Made by a program: the position numbers and the translations under genes. DNA of 64,000 nucleotides from Candidatus Thorarchaeota archaeon (GTDB lineage Archaea > Asgardarchaeota > Thorarchaeia > Thorarchaeales > Thorarchaeaceae): the NCBI GenBank assembly GCA_003345545.1, contig PRDH01000019.1, positions 24,129 to 88,128 on the forward strand, given 5' to 3'. Shown here one piece after another: positions 19,322 to 28,849 of the stretch. The notes below the pieces were generated by a model that was not told the origin of the DNA, ran no database searches, and saw only the letters and a program-made list of their open reading frames with translations. How positions within the stretch are numbered: position 1 is the stretch's first letter; the number at the start of each line of letters is the position of its first letter.

Positions 19322-19543
19322 CTATTGTTGTGTTGCACTAGGTATTGATATGTACAAGACATCTTCGAAGCCCAAAATGCCATGCCCCATTGGGTTCACA
19401 AGTCTGACATAGTCATCGTAGACTTCCTCGACTCTTACATTTGGGATTTTTGCGAGCGTATCCTTCTGCATATATCTCAAATAGACTGTAAAAGTCTGTC
19501 CGGTTGTCTTCAGATCTTGGAATATGCTATGCCAATCCGGCAA
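19322..19543 (-). CDS. Small Sm/LSm-like beta-barrel protein
   Basis: Helix, then FTVYL...VEEVYDDYVRL...ILGFEDVLYISI; TTG start 2 nt after the upstream stop. Confidence 0.55.
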   Translation of the reverse strand: MPDWHSIFQDLKTTGQTFTVYLRYMQKDTLAKIPNVRVEEVYDDYVRLVNPMGHGILGFEDVLYISIPSATQQ

Positions 19544-19545
19544 GT

Positions 19546-20073
19546 TCAGATTTCCTCCTTATCTGCAACAACACAGTCTTTACCATTTAACACTTGCTGC
19601 TTAGGCGGTCGGAGTGGAATCGTACCATCGCATGTGATTTGTGGCTCGAATTCAAGTTCTTTTAAGACCTTCATCAGTGTTTCTTGAGGCCTCTCGATTT
19701 TCGGACATTGGAAAACATGGGATATGCAATGGTTTGTGCAGTCACTTGAGCCAAAACCCTTAGGGCCTGGAATGCACTCCATATTCTTTTCGAGAGCCTC
19801 TGCGATCTTGCACTCTGCTCGACTTGGGCTTTCAACGATGATGGCCGCCTGCAAGAACGCTGTTTCAGATAGCAGGTAATCAATGTGCCAGTGGATGTTC
19901 TTCCGCGATAGAAAGTGTCTTCTGACTCTTCTCTCCAGGCTTGTCGATCCGTTACCCATTGCCGAACCCACATACAGCCATGTTCCCTTTGATAATACAT
20001 GAGTTCCTAGCGACCCAATTGTGACTGATAGGTCAAGTGGGAGCTGCAGTATGAGAACGTATGCTCCCTTCAT
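19546..20073 (-). CDS. GIY-YIG nuclease family protein (DUF123 type)
   Basis: KGAYVL, YVGSA, RVRRH, HWHIDYL, GFGSSDC...C.SH. Confidence 0.88.
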   Translation of the reverse strand: MKGAYVLILQLPLDLSVTIGSLGTHVLSKGTWLYVGSAMGNGSTSLERRVRRHFLSRKNIHWHIDYLLSETAFLQAAIIVESPSRAECKIAEALEKNMECIPGPKGFGSSDCTNHCISHVFQCPKIERPQETLMKVLKELEFEPQITCDGTIPLRPPKQQVLNGKDCVVADKEEI

Positions 20074-21152
20074 TCTTCTGAGTCACTCTCCATATCTGGG
20101 ACACTTTTGACAATGGTCTTGATATACTCCAGAGCTTGACCTGTCGTCAGAATTCCTGCCTGCAACTCTCTGAGAACCCTATTGATTGACGGTCCCATAT
20201 TCATCCATCCATTTGCGTTAGTGTCAGCAACAAGACGACATCCAAACTGCTTCCGAGAGATACTTCTTCCGTAGGTTTTCGAAATATGTTCTGTCCTGTG
20301 CTTCGTCAGTGACAGTGCTGCAGGAAGATGAATTGTCAATAATCTGCCATTCTCAACGATGGCCTGCCTTCCTGCGGGTAGCAATTCCCCAGTTACAAGG
20401 ACTGAGTGATTGCTTTCTGTTGCGTATCTCAGGAAACAGGCAAGAATCAAAGCATGGCATTCTCCGCAGGGGTGAATCTTACATTCTCTTGCTCGCCGAA
20501 CTACCTCTGAAGTGGCTTCGTCTTGGGGGATGCGTGTGAGCTTGACGTTAAGATGAGAACACCATTCAACCATCTCAGCCATCTCTCTTTGGTCAAGGAA
20601 TACATGCTGAAGATCAACGACAATCGCCTCCGGCTCGAAGCCACATTCCTTGAGAATGACCAGTGCTGCACTACTGTCGATTCCGCCCGAGAATGCAACT
20701 GCCACTCTTTCTCCATGACCTATCGATTTTTCGAAGACACAACTCTCCTCTGGGAATTTGAGTTCTTGAGTAATCAGTTTTCGGAGTCCCTGCAAAACTG
20801 ACCAGTGTGCCTCGACACCAGTTGAAGATGTTAGTTCTTCGATACGACGGAGGGTCAATTCGAGTCTGTGCTTCTTTAGAAGAATTTCATCCGCTCCATA
20901 GATTGTGACAGGTTGCATGACACGTTTGGCCAACTCAGCTGCCACCCTTCCCCCGGGACCGAGCAGAAGGCTCTTTTCTGATCTATCCGACGTGACAATA
21001 TGGAGACTGCCGTCAGGATGAGCAAACACCTGCCCGATTATTGGACTCACTCCGCGGTCCAATCCAAGCTCATCTCTGATGTCTTGTACAAGGGCTAAAA
21101 TCAGTTCTGGCTTCATTGATTCACTCTTAGATATGTTCCTCATAAGCATCAC
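20070..21152 (-). CDS. PP-loop ATPase with N-terminal KH-like domain (COG1365-like)
   Basis: DRSEKSLLLGPGG, VAFSGGIDSS, HPCGECH, RVLRELQAGIL; start may be a few codons downstream. Confidence 0.8.
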   Translation of the reverse strand: MMLMRNISKSESMKPELILALVQDIRDELGLDRGVSPIIGQVFAHPDGSLHIVTSDRSEKSLLLGPGGRVAAELAKRVMQPVTIYGADEILLKKHRLELTLRRIEELTSSTGVEAHWSVLQGLRKLITQELKFPEESCVFEKSIGHGERVAVAFSGGIDSSAALVILKECGFEPEAIVVDLQHVFLDQREMAEMVEWCSHLNVKLTRIPQDEATSEVVRRARECKIHPCGECHALILACFLRYATESNHSVLVTGELLPAGRQAIVENGRLLTIHLPAALSLTKHRTEHISKTYGRSISRKQFGCRLVADTNANGWMNMGPSINRVLRELQAGILTTGQALEYIKTIVKSVPDMESDSEE

Positions 21153-21201
21153 CCATTGTCGATACGGTCATAAGGGCAAGAATGTTCACTCATGTGGGAA
21201 T

Positions 21202-22149
21202 ATGACTGCCGCAGAGATTATCCCTGGTGTTCATGCTATTCGAGGCAAGTTCGCTGGAGAGTTCGGATTCATCGCTAGTTATCTGATAGTTGATGAAGGG
21301 GAAGCTCTCGTCATTGATCCAGGCACAGCCGGAGACCCGGGCGAACGAATAGAGAAGGCTCTGAAATCGTTCGGTCTGAACCATAGAAGTGACCTTATCG
21401 GAATAGTCTGCACGCATGGGCATCCTGACCATGTTGGGGGTGCGAACAGACTGAGAAGAGCAACTGGTGCGCCGATTATGATTCATGAAAAGGATGCTGA
21501 GCTGCTTAGAAATCCCCAATCATTTTTCGAGGAGCGTTTGCTGATGGATCGTGCAACACGCCTTTCGATGAAGCTCGACAAGGGCCCTCTTCGTGTCAAT
21601 TATCGAGGGTGCGAACCTGACAGTCTACTCTCTGATGGTCAGAATATACAGATAGGGAGCACATCACTTCAAGTCATACTGACTGGAGGCCACTCAGCTG
21701 GACACTGCGTTTTGCATGATGGCAATAGAAAACTCCTCTTTGCAGGCGATGAGGTAAACAACTTCCCTAATGACCCCCGAAAATTCTACGTTGACTTGAC
21801 TGGAAGTCTCGTTTCCAGAATGGCTGCTCTTGAGAGGCTTTCAAAGATGGGCATAGAGCATCTCTTACCCTCTCATGATGTTCCGTACCTATTCGGTGAA
21901 GCTCGTCTGCAATTCGGAGCTGCCAAGGACGGCATTATGCATCTTCAGGATACAGTCCTAACGCACCTTGGAGATAGGGGTGAGGCAGATGTTGAGCAAC
22001 TTGTTTTTGATGTGAGGCAGTCCAGAAGTGTGCCTATTCCAGAGAGCCTTGATTCACTAATACAGACAACGATTCAAGTGACTCTCCAAGGGCTCGCAGA
22101 GGCTGGGCTGGTCAAGTCCCTTGGCAAGGGTGTTTGGACCAAGGTATAG
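21202..22149 (+). CDS. MBL-fold metallo-hydrolase with C-terminal winged helix
   Basis: THGHPDHVGG, GGHSAGH, FAGD, PSHD. Confidence 0.9.
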   Translation: MTAAEIIPGVHAIRGKFAGEFGFIASYLIVDEGEALVIDPGTAGDPGERIEKALKSFGLNHRSDLIGIVCTHGHPDHVGGANRLRRATGAPIMIHEKDAELLRNPQSFFEERLLMDRATRLSMKLDKGPLRVNYRGCEPDSLLSDGQNIQIGSTSLQVILTGGHSAGHCVLHDGNRKLLFAGDEVNNFPNDPRKFYVDLTGSLVSRMAALERLSKMGIEHLLPSHDVPYLFGEARLQFGAAKDGIMHLQDTVLTHLGDRGEADVEQLVFDVRQSRSVPIPESLDSLIQTTIQVTLQGLAEAGLVKSLGKGVWTKV

Positions 22150-22200
22150 CCGAGGAGCTACGCGCAAGCTAGATTCAAATGAAAGAACACCGGTTCTCAT

Positions 22201-24891
22201 ATGACAGCTAATCCTCAAGATTGTCCATACCTTGGCAGTATTCGGGAGATGGCAAATGTGAGCAGGAAGAGCAGAAAAGATGTACAAGCGCAGAGTACTG
22301 TTGAAGCCATAAGAATGGCCTCTGCTTCAGTGTTGAGCACGACGACTGGCTTAGGCTATCCAGTTGGAAGTGCAAGAGGCGCTGGAAGCATGCTTGAACA
22401 GCATTCCGAAACAGTGTCCATGAGTATTGCACCTCTAATCTTCAACGTGCGTGATACCTTGAACTCGTCTGAAGGGTTGGAACTGCTCTCTATTGAGTGG
22501 AATCTCGAGAGAACTCCCGGCCCCGGAGTCTTGCCGGAACAGCTCATTGTTGTAGGCGGTTCTGAAGGTGGCGTCGGTTCTCACGTCTGTGTCCTGTGCT
22601 GGGAAAGGGGTGTCGTAGACCCGTTCAGGATAGATCAGTATGTGAAGGTCATCGCCAAGAAACTTGGCGATATAGAGGCCGCTGTCATCAACAATGATCT
22701 CAACTACGACCTCGATGGCCTATCCGTTATCCGACGTTTTGCTGACCGCCTAAACAGCGTCTTGTTCGTAGACATGCTTGACAGGCGTTTTCAGGGTACA
22801 TGGGATTCACTTCAAGTCAAAGATGAACAGATGGCTGTCGAAGCCATCGCGAAAATGTCAACGTATGATGATTTTACGCTTGTTCCTCCAGGCCTAAAGA
22901 TCGCTCGGCGCAATAGCCTTGAATTCAGGCTGCCGTCGTCGTCTAAGGAAGATTTCTTGGATCAGTTTCAACATCGAGTATTGACTCCCAGCGCAATAGA
23001 GATGCTGACAAAGACAGTCCCTGAAACAGGACAAGCAATACTTAACGAGTTGAATACCTATGCATATGCGAGGGAGGAGGCTGATGTTGCCGAGGGGACA
23101 ATCTCAGTTCTGAAAGAATACCTCAAGAGAGACACCGTGAAGCTGTCAGACCTCCAGTCCATTAAGAAAGCAACAGGTGAGTTTGTCGGTCATCTCAATG
23201 ATACCGTCGACTCGCTTGAGTCAATTGTTGATCAACACTCGAACTCTGGGAAGGCTTTGACTATTGCAGGACATAGAGACGCTCTTCTTTCAGATATTGA
23301 TGCAAACCACGAACGATTCGATGGTATCAATGGCACACTTGCTCACATGCTAATTGTTCAAATCATGAAGTCTATTGGGCGCGAATCATTTGGAGTGGAG
23401 GATATTCGTGCATGGCAACTACGAAGCGCTCTAAGCTATGCCATTGCATATGCAAAGAGAGTTGCACAGTACTTTGCTGAGGAACTCGATCACTACCTGA
23501 TTGCTTCTGCCGCAAGAAAGGCATTCTTTGTCGCGCTCCGTGATTTTCGTCAAGAAACCGTACAGGTTGGAATGGATTCAACTGACCTGATGCTTTTCGA
23601 GAAGTTCTATGCTGAGGTTCAATCTCAGCTCAATGCATCCTTCTCGAGAAAATCGTACCAAGGTGTGCAGTATCATGATTTCATTCAGCTAATGGACACG
23701 ATTACGCGGGAAATAATCGAAACCTTCAGGCATATCGATGTATGGAATCTAATCAATTTCTCCGACGTTGCGGATATTGCTCGTTCTGAGATACAAAAGA
23801 GACATGCAGGCCAGTCAAGTGACGGAGCTCTAATGTCGGATGGCAATGCGCTCATGAGCCTACTGAACGCGTTTCAGAACACTGTTTCTGATATTATCCC
23901 TGATGTGGCCGACACTATTCTATCAAAATCTCTTATTCGAAAGATGATTGAGAAGATTAGGTCTGATGGCACAGGTCTGGGTAATGAATTGGCATCTGCG
24001 ATTGAAAGTGTCGGCGAGAAGTCCCAGGAGTGGAAAAGAGAGGCTGTGGCCTGGGTAGAAGGCTTTCGAGATAGTGTAGACCCCACACAATCCACCCCCG
24101 TGAGTCTGCTTGCGCTGTTGCAGTATATCCATGAGCTATTGGACCAAGTGGTATCACCAAGTGCAATGGCTGATCGAGTAAAGGCAGAGGCTGACGCGAA
24201 AGAAGCTGTCTACCAAGCCAAAGTCAATGATTGGCAATTCGCCTGTAAAGAAATCGAAAAGGAGAATGTGTCAATTCGACAACGAAACAACAGACGTGAG
24301 GAGCTCATTGCAGAAGCCACAAGGCAGTTTGAAATGGAGATGTCTGCATTTGAGCAGCAAGTCCGTGATTATCAAGAAAAGGTTGAGCAGAGAGAGTCTC
24401 TGGCAGCAAGTGCAGCTGGAGCGCAGGTTACATTACCAGCATTACCTCTGGAACCAGTTCGTCCTTCTCCTCTAGGGCCGCGAGTTGACAAAATAAGAGG
24501 AAACAATCCAACTGAGCTTGAGAAATCCTTCCCGCCTGAACCGCAACCTGAACCAACACTTCGTTACTACACTGAGTTGCGAGACCTTCTATACGATAAG
24601 CTGAGTGAGATGAAAGAACGTGAAAAGAGCATGGAAGAGACATTTGCTCGGAGAGTCTTACGGCTTCAGGCAGAAGGCATGGGCGCCATTGGAGAGATTG
24701 ACATCAATATCGGTGATGATTTTCTGCAGCATCTGATGGACTCGCGAATTCGTACTCTGGGCAGGCTACTTCCTCGTATCTCTCGCGTTTTCTTGAGGAA
24801 TCCGAAGATACCAGGCCTCCTCTATCTTGTATCATATGCGTACTATAAAGAGGGTTTGACTATGTCGATTGGGAGCACGTTTCTGAGGTGA
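22201..24891 (+). CDS. Large hypothetical helical/coiled-coil protein (possible longin-like N-terminus); true start may be 22315
   Basis: 896-aa ORF with long helical region, coiled coil and Pro-rich segment. Confidence 0.75.
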   Translation: MTANPQDCPYLGSIREMANVSRKSRKDVQAQSTVEAIRMASASVLSTTTGLGYPVGSARGAGSMLEQHSETVSMSIAPLIFNVRDTLNSSEGLELLSIEWNLERTPGPGVLPEQLIVVGGSEGGVGSHVCVLCWERGVVDPFRIDQYVKVIAKKLGDIEAAVINNDLNYDLDGLSVIRRFADRLNSVLFVDMLDRRFQGTWDSLQVKDEQMAVEAIAKMSTYDDFTLVPPGLKIARRNSLEFRLPSSSKEDFLDQFQHRVLTPSAIEMLTKTVPETGQAILNELNTYAYAREEADVAEGTISVLKEYLKRDTVKLSDLQSIKKATGEFVGHLNDTVDSLESIVDQHSNSGKALTIAGHRDALLSDIDANHERFDGINGTLAHMLIVQIMKSIGRESFGVEDIRAWQLRSALSYAIAYAKRVAQYFAEELDHYLIASAARKAFFVALRDFRQETVQVGMDSTDLMLFEKFYAEVQSQLNASFSRKSYQGVQYHDFIQLMDTITREIIETFRHIDVWNLINFSDVADIARSEIQKRHAGQSSDGALMSDGNALMSLLNAFQNTVSDIIPDVADTILSKSLIRKMIEKIRSDGTGLGNELASAIESVGEKSQEWKREAVAWVEGFRDSVDPTQSTPVSLLALLQYIHELLDQVVSPSAMADRVKAEADAKEAVYQAKVNDWQFACKEIEKENVSIRQRNNRREELIAEATRQFEMEMSAFEQQVRDYQEKVEQRESLAASAAGAQVTLPALPLEPVRPSPLGPRVDKIRGNNPTELEKSFPPEPQPEPTLRYYTELRDLLYDKLSEMKEREKSMEETFARRVLRLQAEGMGAIGEIDINIGDDFLQHLMDSRIRTLGRLLPRISRVFLRNPKIPGLLYLVSYAYYKEGLTMSIGSTFLR

Positions 24892-24892
24892 T

Positions 24893-27340
24893 TTGATGGC
24901 AAGTTCTTGGGTACTTAAGACACGACAGGCAAGCGAGGCTGGCAAAGAGATCCTGCTGCGGGAGGCTCTTGTTGCTCATATGCGAAGTACGAGAGACAGG
25001 CAGCTCTTCACTGGGATATTGACTGAAACTCGGCCGCTAAAGGACGTCTTTTCGTTTTTTGCATCTTTCTATCTGCACAGCTATCAGGGAATAAGATTGC
25101 TAGAGGCCGCAGAATCTCCTGAACTTACTGCTGATGGTAAAGATGACCTTGGTCAAGAGGAACGCCATCAATTGGAGCTAGAAGTGCGTAAGCTCTTTGG
25201 CGATAAGCAACGTGAGGAGATTCACACAACGCGTATCATGAGTGAACTCGCGATACGTTTCTGTGATGAATTGGGAGGCAAGCTGTCTTCCTCCCCAGAT
25301 CTGCGCGAGAAGGTGCTCTCTCTCCTAAATGAGTATCTTCAGAGAATTCCATCAGAGTACTCTCCTAATCACGACATTGACTTCGTTGTTGAAGTCACTG
25401 GCTGGGGTACACAATGGCGTGATGAGCTCTACACGAAGGCGTCAGGATTGAAAGAGAGTGCGCTCTCGTTGAGAGAGGAGTTATTGAGAGACCATCCTTC
25501 AGAAGTGCCTGAAACAACCGTCCTAAGAATGGGTCTTGAACGCATCCATGGTCGAGCTGAGTTTGCAAGGGGTCGGCTATCTGATGCTATTATTCCTTCT
25601 CGCAATTGGGATGGTATTGCAGATGCCATCATTGGACGTTTCTGCAGGGATGCGGACGAAGTCAAGTGTCTGAAGCAAGCACATGAAATCCGACTCGCCC
25701 TGCTGAAGGCAGTTGAAGAGAAGTACGATACGCCTACTACGATCGAGGACTATGAGCAAAGGCTAGGATCTGTTGTCGCCGGTCCAATCGCTGACATCCT
25801 GTCCTCTGATTCATCTCTGGTACTAGGCATATTATCCAGTCTTCTTGCTATTGATTCAGATGAACTGAAGGCGCAGCTTCGTCGGAAGGGTATTGACGAT
25901 TTGTCCATCATTGGAGAAGGCCTAAGAGCGCTCGCAGATGTTGTTGAAGACGCCCCATCAGGTCCACAGATCAGCAAGCAAGAGATGGAGCTCCTTGAGC
26001 GTTCTCTGAAGACTCTAGAGAAGCTTGAGCACACTCTCGAACATCCGGTGAAAGGACTGTTGAAGGCTCGGGGCCTTCGAGCCTCAGAACTTGACAAGAT
26101 TTCCGTGGATCTCCTTGTTAAGGATCGGAAAAGCTTGGTGGGGATTGAAGTTGAGGTTCTTGATGAGTTGGCTAAGAAGATGCGAGTTCCGCCTCCGGAA
26201 GAGGTCAAGAGGCTTGTTGAAATACGGGGCCAAGTAAAAAGTGGCGCCTTAAGTACGCTGGGCATATCTTCAGCCCGTGATTTTAGCAGACAACGCGTCG
26301 AGGAAGAAACAGTCAGGTCAATCAAACTTGACATAATCTGGCACCTCACGACTAGCATTCTAACAAACCTCACTAGGATAGTTGAGTCCTATATTCGGTC
26401 GAAGCAAGACCTGCTTCGTGTCAAGGCACTATTGAAGAGTATATACGAAGACACAGACCCAAGTCTGCAGTTTCTAAGAGAAGAGATTCTGGTTGATTTG
26501 GCTGCCATGCGTATCCATGAGTTTAAGGTAGTACACCCTGAACTTGATACAGCAAATATCTGCACATGGATGCATGCACGTCTCTCGAGTAAGGATATGA
26601 CGGCTGCACGAAAGGATCTTGATGCTACTCCGAGTCCTGCTTTCGAGGGTATTATCGACAAGCCGCTTGAGATGAGTGGTCTAGAGTATGATAACTATGC
26701 TATTGCCTTTGATATAATGCAGCGTTTCTTGAAACAGGAGCGCCTCGAAAAGCTTGCCAAAGATGAGTACGCGTTTGAAACCAAGCAAAAAGAGCAAATC
26801 CTCCTCGAGTCAAAACGGGAGTCTCTCGATGTTCTGACGTACTTGCATAACAAGGCTCAGACCGTGTTTCGTGCCATAGGCCGTGTAGGAACCAAGGGTC
26901 TGGAATGGTCTCAGAGCGATACCTCAAAGTGTTCTAACCTACTGGCATACTACATCAAAACTGGTCGTGGAAGGCTCATCTGTTCTGCATGTGGCACTGT
27001 TTCAAAGGAGAAGAAATGCCCACAACATGGCACATCCTTCATCAAGGAAGCAAATGACATGGATAATCTAGCGATATTCATGATGAGAGCGAACTATGAA
27101 ATTAAAGATGGTCTTGTTGGGAGGAGTGCTGAACAGATGCCTTGGGACAAGGCAAAATCGAGCATCGAGCGCGAAATAGGCATCCTGAAGCGAAAGGGCA
27201 AATTGACCTCAAAGGCCAATCTAAAGGAACTTCTCCCTGGAGAGATCAACTATGTGATTGGTCCTGTTATTTGCGAAATCATTGGCAAGTACTTCAACGA
27301 GTCACTAGTCTATGCAGCTCGTAGAGCCGAAGTGGCTTAA
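24893..27340 (+). CDS. Large hypothetical helical protein with CxxC...CxxH zinc knuckle
   Basis: 815-aa ORF 1 nt after the upstream stop; CSACG...KCPQHG. Confidence 0.75.
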   Translation: MMASSWVLKTRQASEAGKEILLREALVAHMRSTRDRQLFTGILTETRPLKDVFSFFASFYLHSYQGIRLLEAAESPELTADGKDDLGQEERHQLELEVRKLFGDKQREEIHTTRIMSELAIRFCDELGGKLSSSPDLREKVLSLLNEYLQRIPSEYSPNHDIDFVVEVTGWGTQWRDELYTKASGLKESALSLREELLRDHPSEVPETTVLRMGLERIHGRAEFARGRLSDAIIPSRNWDGIADAIIGRFCRDADEVKCLKQAHEIRLALLKAVEEKYDTPTTIEDYEQRLGSVVAGPIADILSSDSSLVLGILSSLLAIDSDELKAQLRRKGIDDLSIIGEGLRALADVVEDAPSGPQISKQEMELLERSLKTLEKLEHTLEHPVKGLLKARGLRASELDKISVDLLVKDRKSLVGIEVEVLDELAKKMRVPPPEEVKRLVEIRGQVKSGALSTLGISSARDFSRQRVEEETVRSIKLDIIWHLTTSILTNLTRIVESYIRSKQDLLRVKALLKSIYEDTDPSLQFLREEILVDLAAMRIHEFKVVHPELDTANICTWMHARLSSKDMTAARKDLDATPSPAFEGIIDKPLEMSGLEYDNYAIAFDIMQRFLKQERLEKLAKDEYAFETKQKEQILLESKRESLDVLTYLHNKAQTVFRAIGRVGTKGLEWSQSDTSKCSNLLAYYIKTGRGRLICSACGTVSKEKKCPQHGTSFIKEANDMDNLAIFMMRANYEIKDGLVGRSAEQMPWDKAKSSIEREIGILKRKGKLTSKANLKELLPGEINYVIGPVICEIIGKYFNESLVYAARRAEVA

Positions 27341-27446
27341 ATCTTGGCTCTGTACACAAGATTCTGAGTGCATCATGTCCCAGGCAAAATAGTGCAGTAG
27401 CGAAGCCCATTTATACCAACCTGCTCGGACTGGCATTGGTGATTTC

Positions 27447-28844
27447 ATGAGTAGATTCGTCCCAAAAGGAGTCATGCCGGCCCTCGTAACACCATTCACC
27501 AGAGATGGCGACATCAACGAAGAAGGCTTCAGACAGGTTATCGACTACACTATCAGTAAAGGTGCAACTGGAGTCGTACCAGCTGGAACGACCGGGGAAT
27601 TCTCGTATATGCGTACTGAGGAGCGTAAGAAACTACTGAAGCTCACTGTGGAGTATGTTGACGGTCGCGTTCCCATTATTGCTGGCACCGGCCAAAACAG
27701 CACCAGAGCGACTGTACTCTTGACCAAGTACGCTGCAGACATCGGATGCGATGCAGCCCTCGTGATTTCACCCTACTATCTCCGGCCTGGTGACAAGGGA
27801 TACTATGAGCACTATGCAACAGTGGCACGTCAAGCTGACCTGCCAGTGATTCTGTACAATCTCCCCCAATGCACTCTCGGAGTTCTCAATTCCAATGTAG
27901 TAGAAGATCTCTCTGAGATAGACAATGTTGTTGGCATAAAGGATAGCAGCGGTAATATGCCATATCTTCTAGAATTGCTCGAGAAAGTGCACGGCAGGAT
28001 AGAAGTCATAATCGGAGCTGACGAGTGCTTCCTTTCTGCAGTAGCTGCTGGAGTGAAGGCGGCGATTCTTGCTACAGCAAATCTCATTCCCCATATTTGG
28101 CTTGAAATCATGCACAAGGTCCAGAAGGGAAAGATCGAAGAGGCTGCGAAGCTGCAGAACTCTGTGCAGACATTAGCACGTCTTATACTGAAGAACGGTG
28201 CTGCGCCTCCTATTAAGGCAGGTCTACGCATGCTGGGCATCAATGCAGGCAAGAGTAGGATGCCACTTGATACTGGAGGCACGCTCACTCCTGAAACCAA
28301 AGAAGAAATCCGGCTTGAGCTCCAGAAACTTGGAGTCCTAGAAGAACTCAAGCATCCTTCAATCCAGCGAAGCATCCAGATATTTGAGGCATTGCTGCAG
28401 CAAGGTTTCACTATAGATGAGACGTCGAATGTCAAACAGAGCTCCGGTTCGAATAATACTGTTTCTGTGGCCATCGCCACAGGAAGCAAGAATAGCCCTC
28501 TGGGCGGAACCTTCGTCAAGCTTCTCACAATGCCAAAAATAGGTCACGAAGCCCTCATGGTTATTCTGGAGCCCAACCTGGCTGTCCGTCCCAGTAGCAT
28601 CATGTTTCCAATGAGGAGAATCGAATCGATGCGACAGGCATCCCTATTCTATGGTCCAGTTCAGTCTGGAGCTGCGCGAGCTATTGCTTCCTATCTTGAG
28701 AAAGGCAAGATTCCAAATCAGTCAATAGAAGATGATGTGATGGTCATGGCATTGGACGTTGATTTGAATTCGAAGGACCGCCGACAAGTCGTTGCAGCGA
28801 CACAAGAGGCTGTTGAAAAGGCCCTAGCTGGCATATGGAGGTAG
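27447..28844 (+). CDS. DHDPS/NAL-family aldolase fused to C-terminal Fae-like domain (paralog 1)
   Basis: ALVTPF, GTTGEF, ILYNLP, GIKDS; C-terminal GSKNSPLG...GHEALMVILEPNLAVRP...FYGPVQSGAARA..GKIP. Confidence 0.88.
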   Translation: MSRFVPKGVMPALVTPFTRDGDINEEGFRQVIDYTISKGATGVVPAGTTGEFSYMRTEERKKLLKLTVEYVDGRVPIIAGTGQNSTRATVLLTKYAADIGCDAALVISPYYLRPGDKGYYEHYATVARQADLPVILYNLPQCTLGVLNSNVVEDLSEIDNVVGIKDSSGNMPYLLELLEKVHGRIEVIIGADECFLSAVAAGVKAAILATANLIPHIWLEIMHKVQKGKIEEAAKLQNSVQTLARLILKNGAAPPIKAGLRMLGINAGKSRMPLDTGGTLTPETKEEIRLELQKLGVLEELKHPSIQRSIQIFEALLQQGFTIDETSNVKQSSGSNNTVSVAIATGSKNSPLGGTFVKLLTMPKIGHEALMVILEPNLAVRPSSIMFPMRRIESMRQASLFYGPVQSGAARAIASYLEKGKIPNQSIEDDVMVMALDVDLNSKDRRQVVAATQEAVEKALAGIWR

Positions 28845-28849
28845 GCATC

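Noticed and set aside
19546-20073. GIY-YIG gene as a homing endonuclease or mobile element
   Set aside because: Motifs match the cellular DUF123 type; no intron, intein or flanking repeats seen
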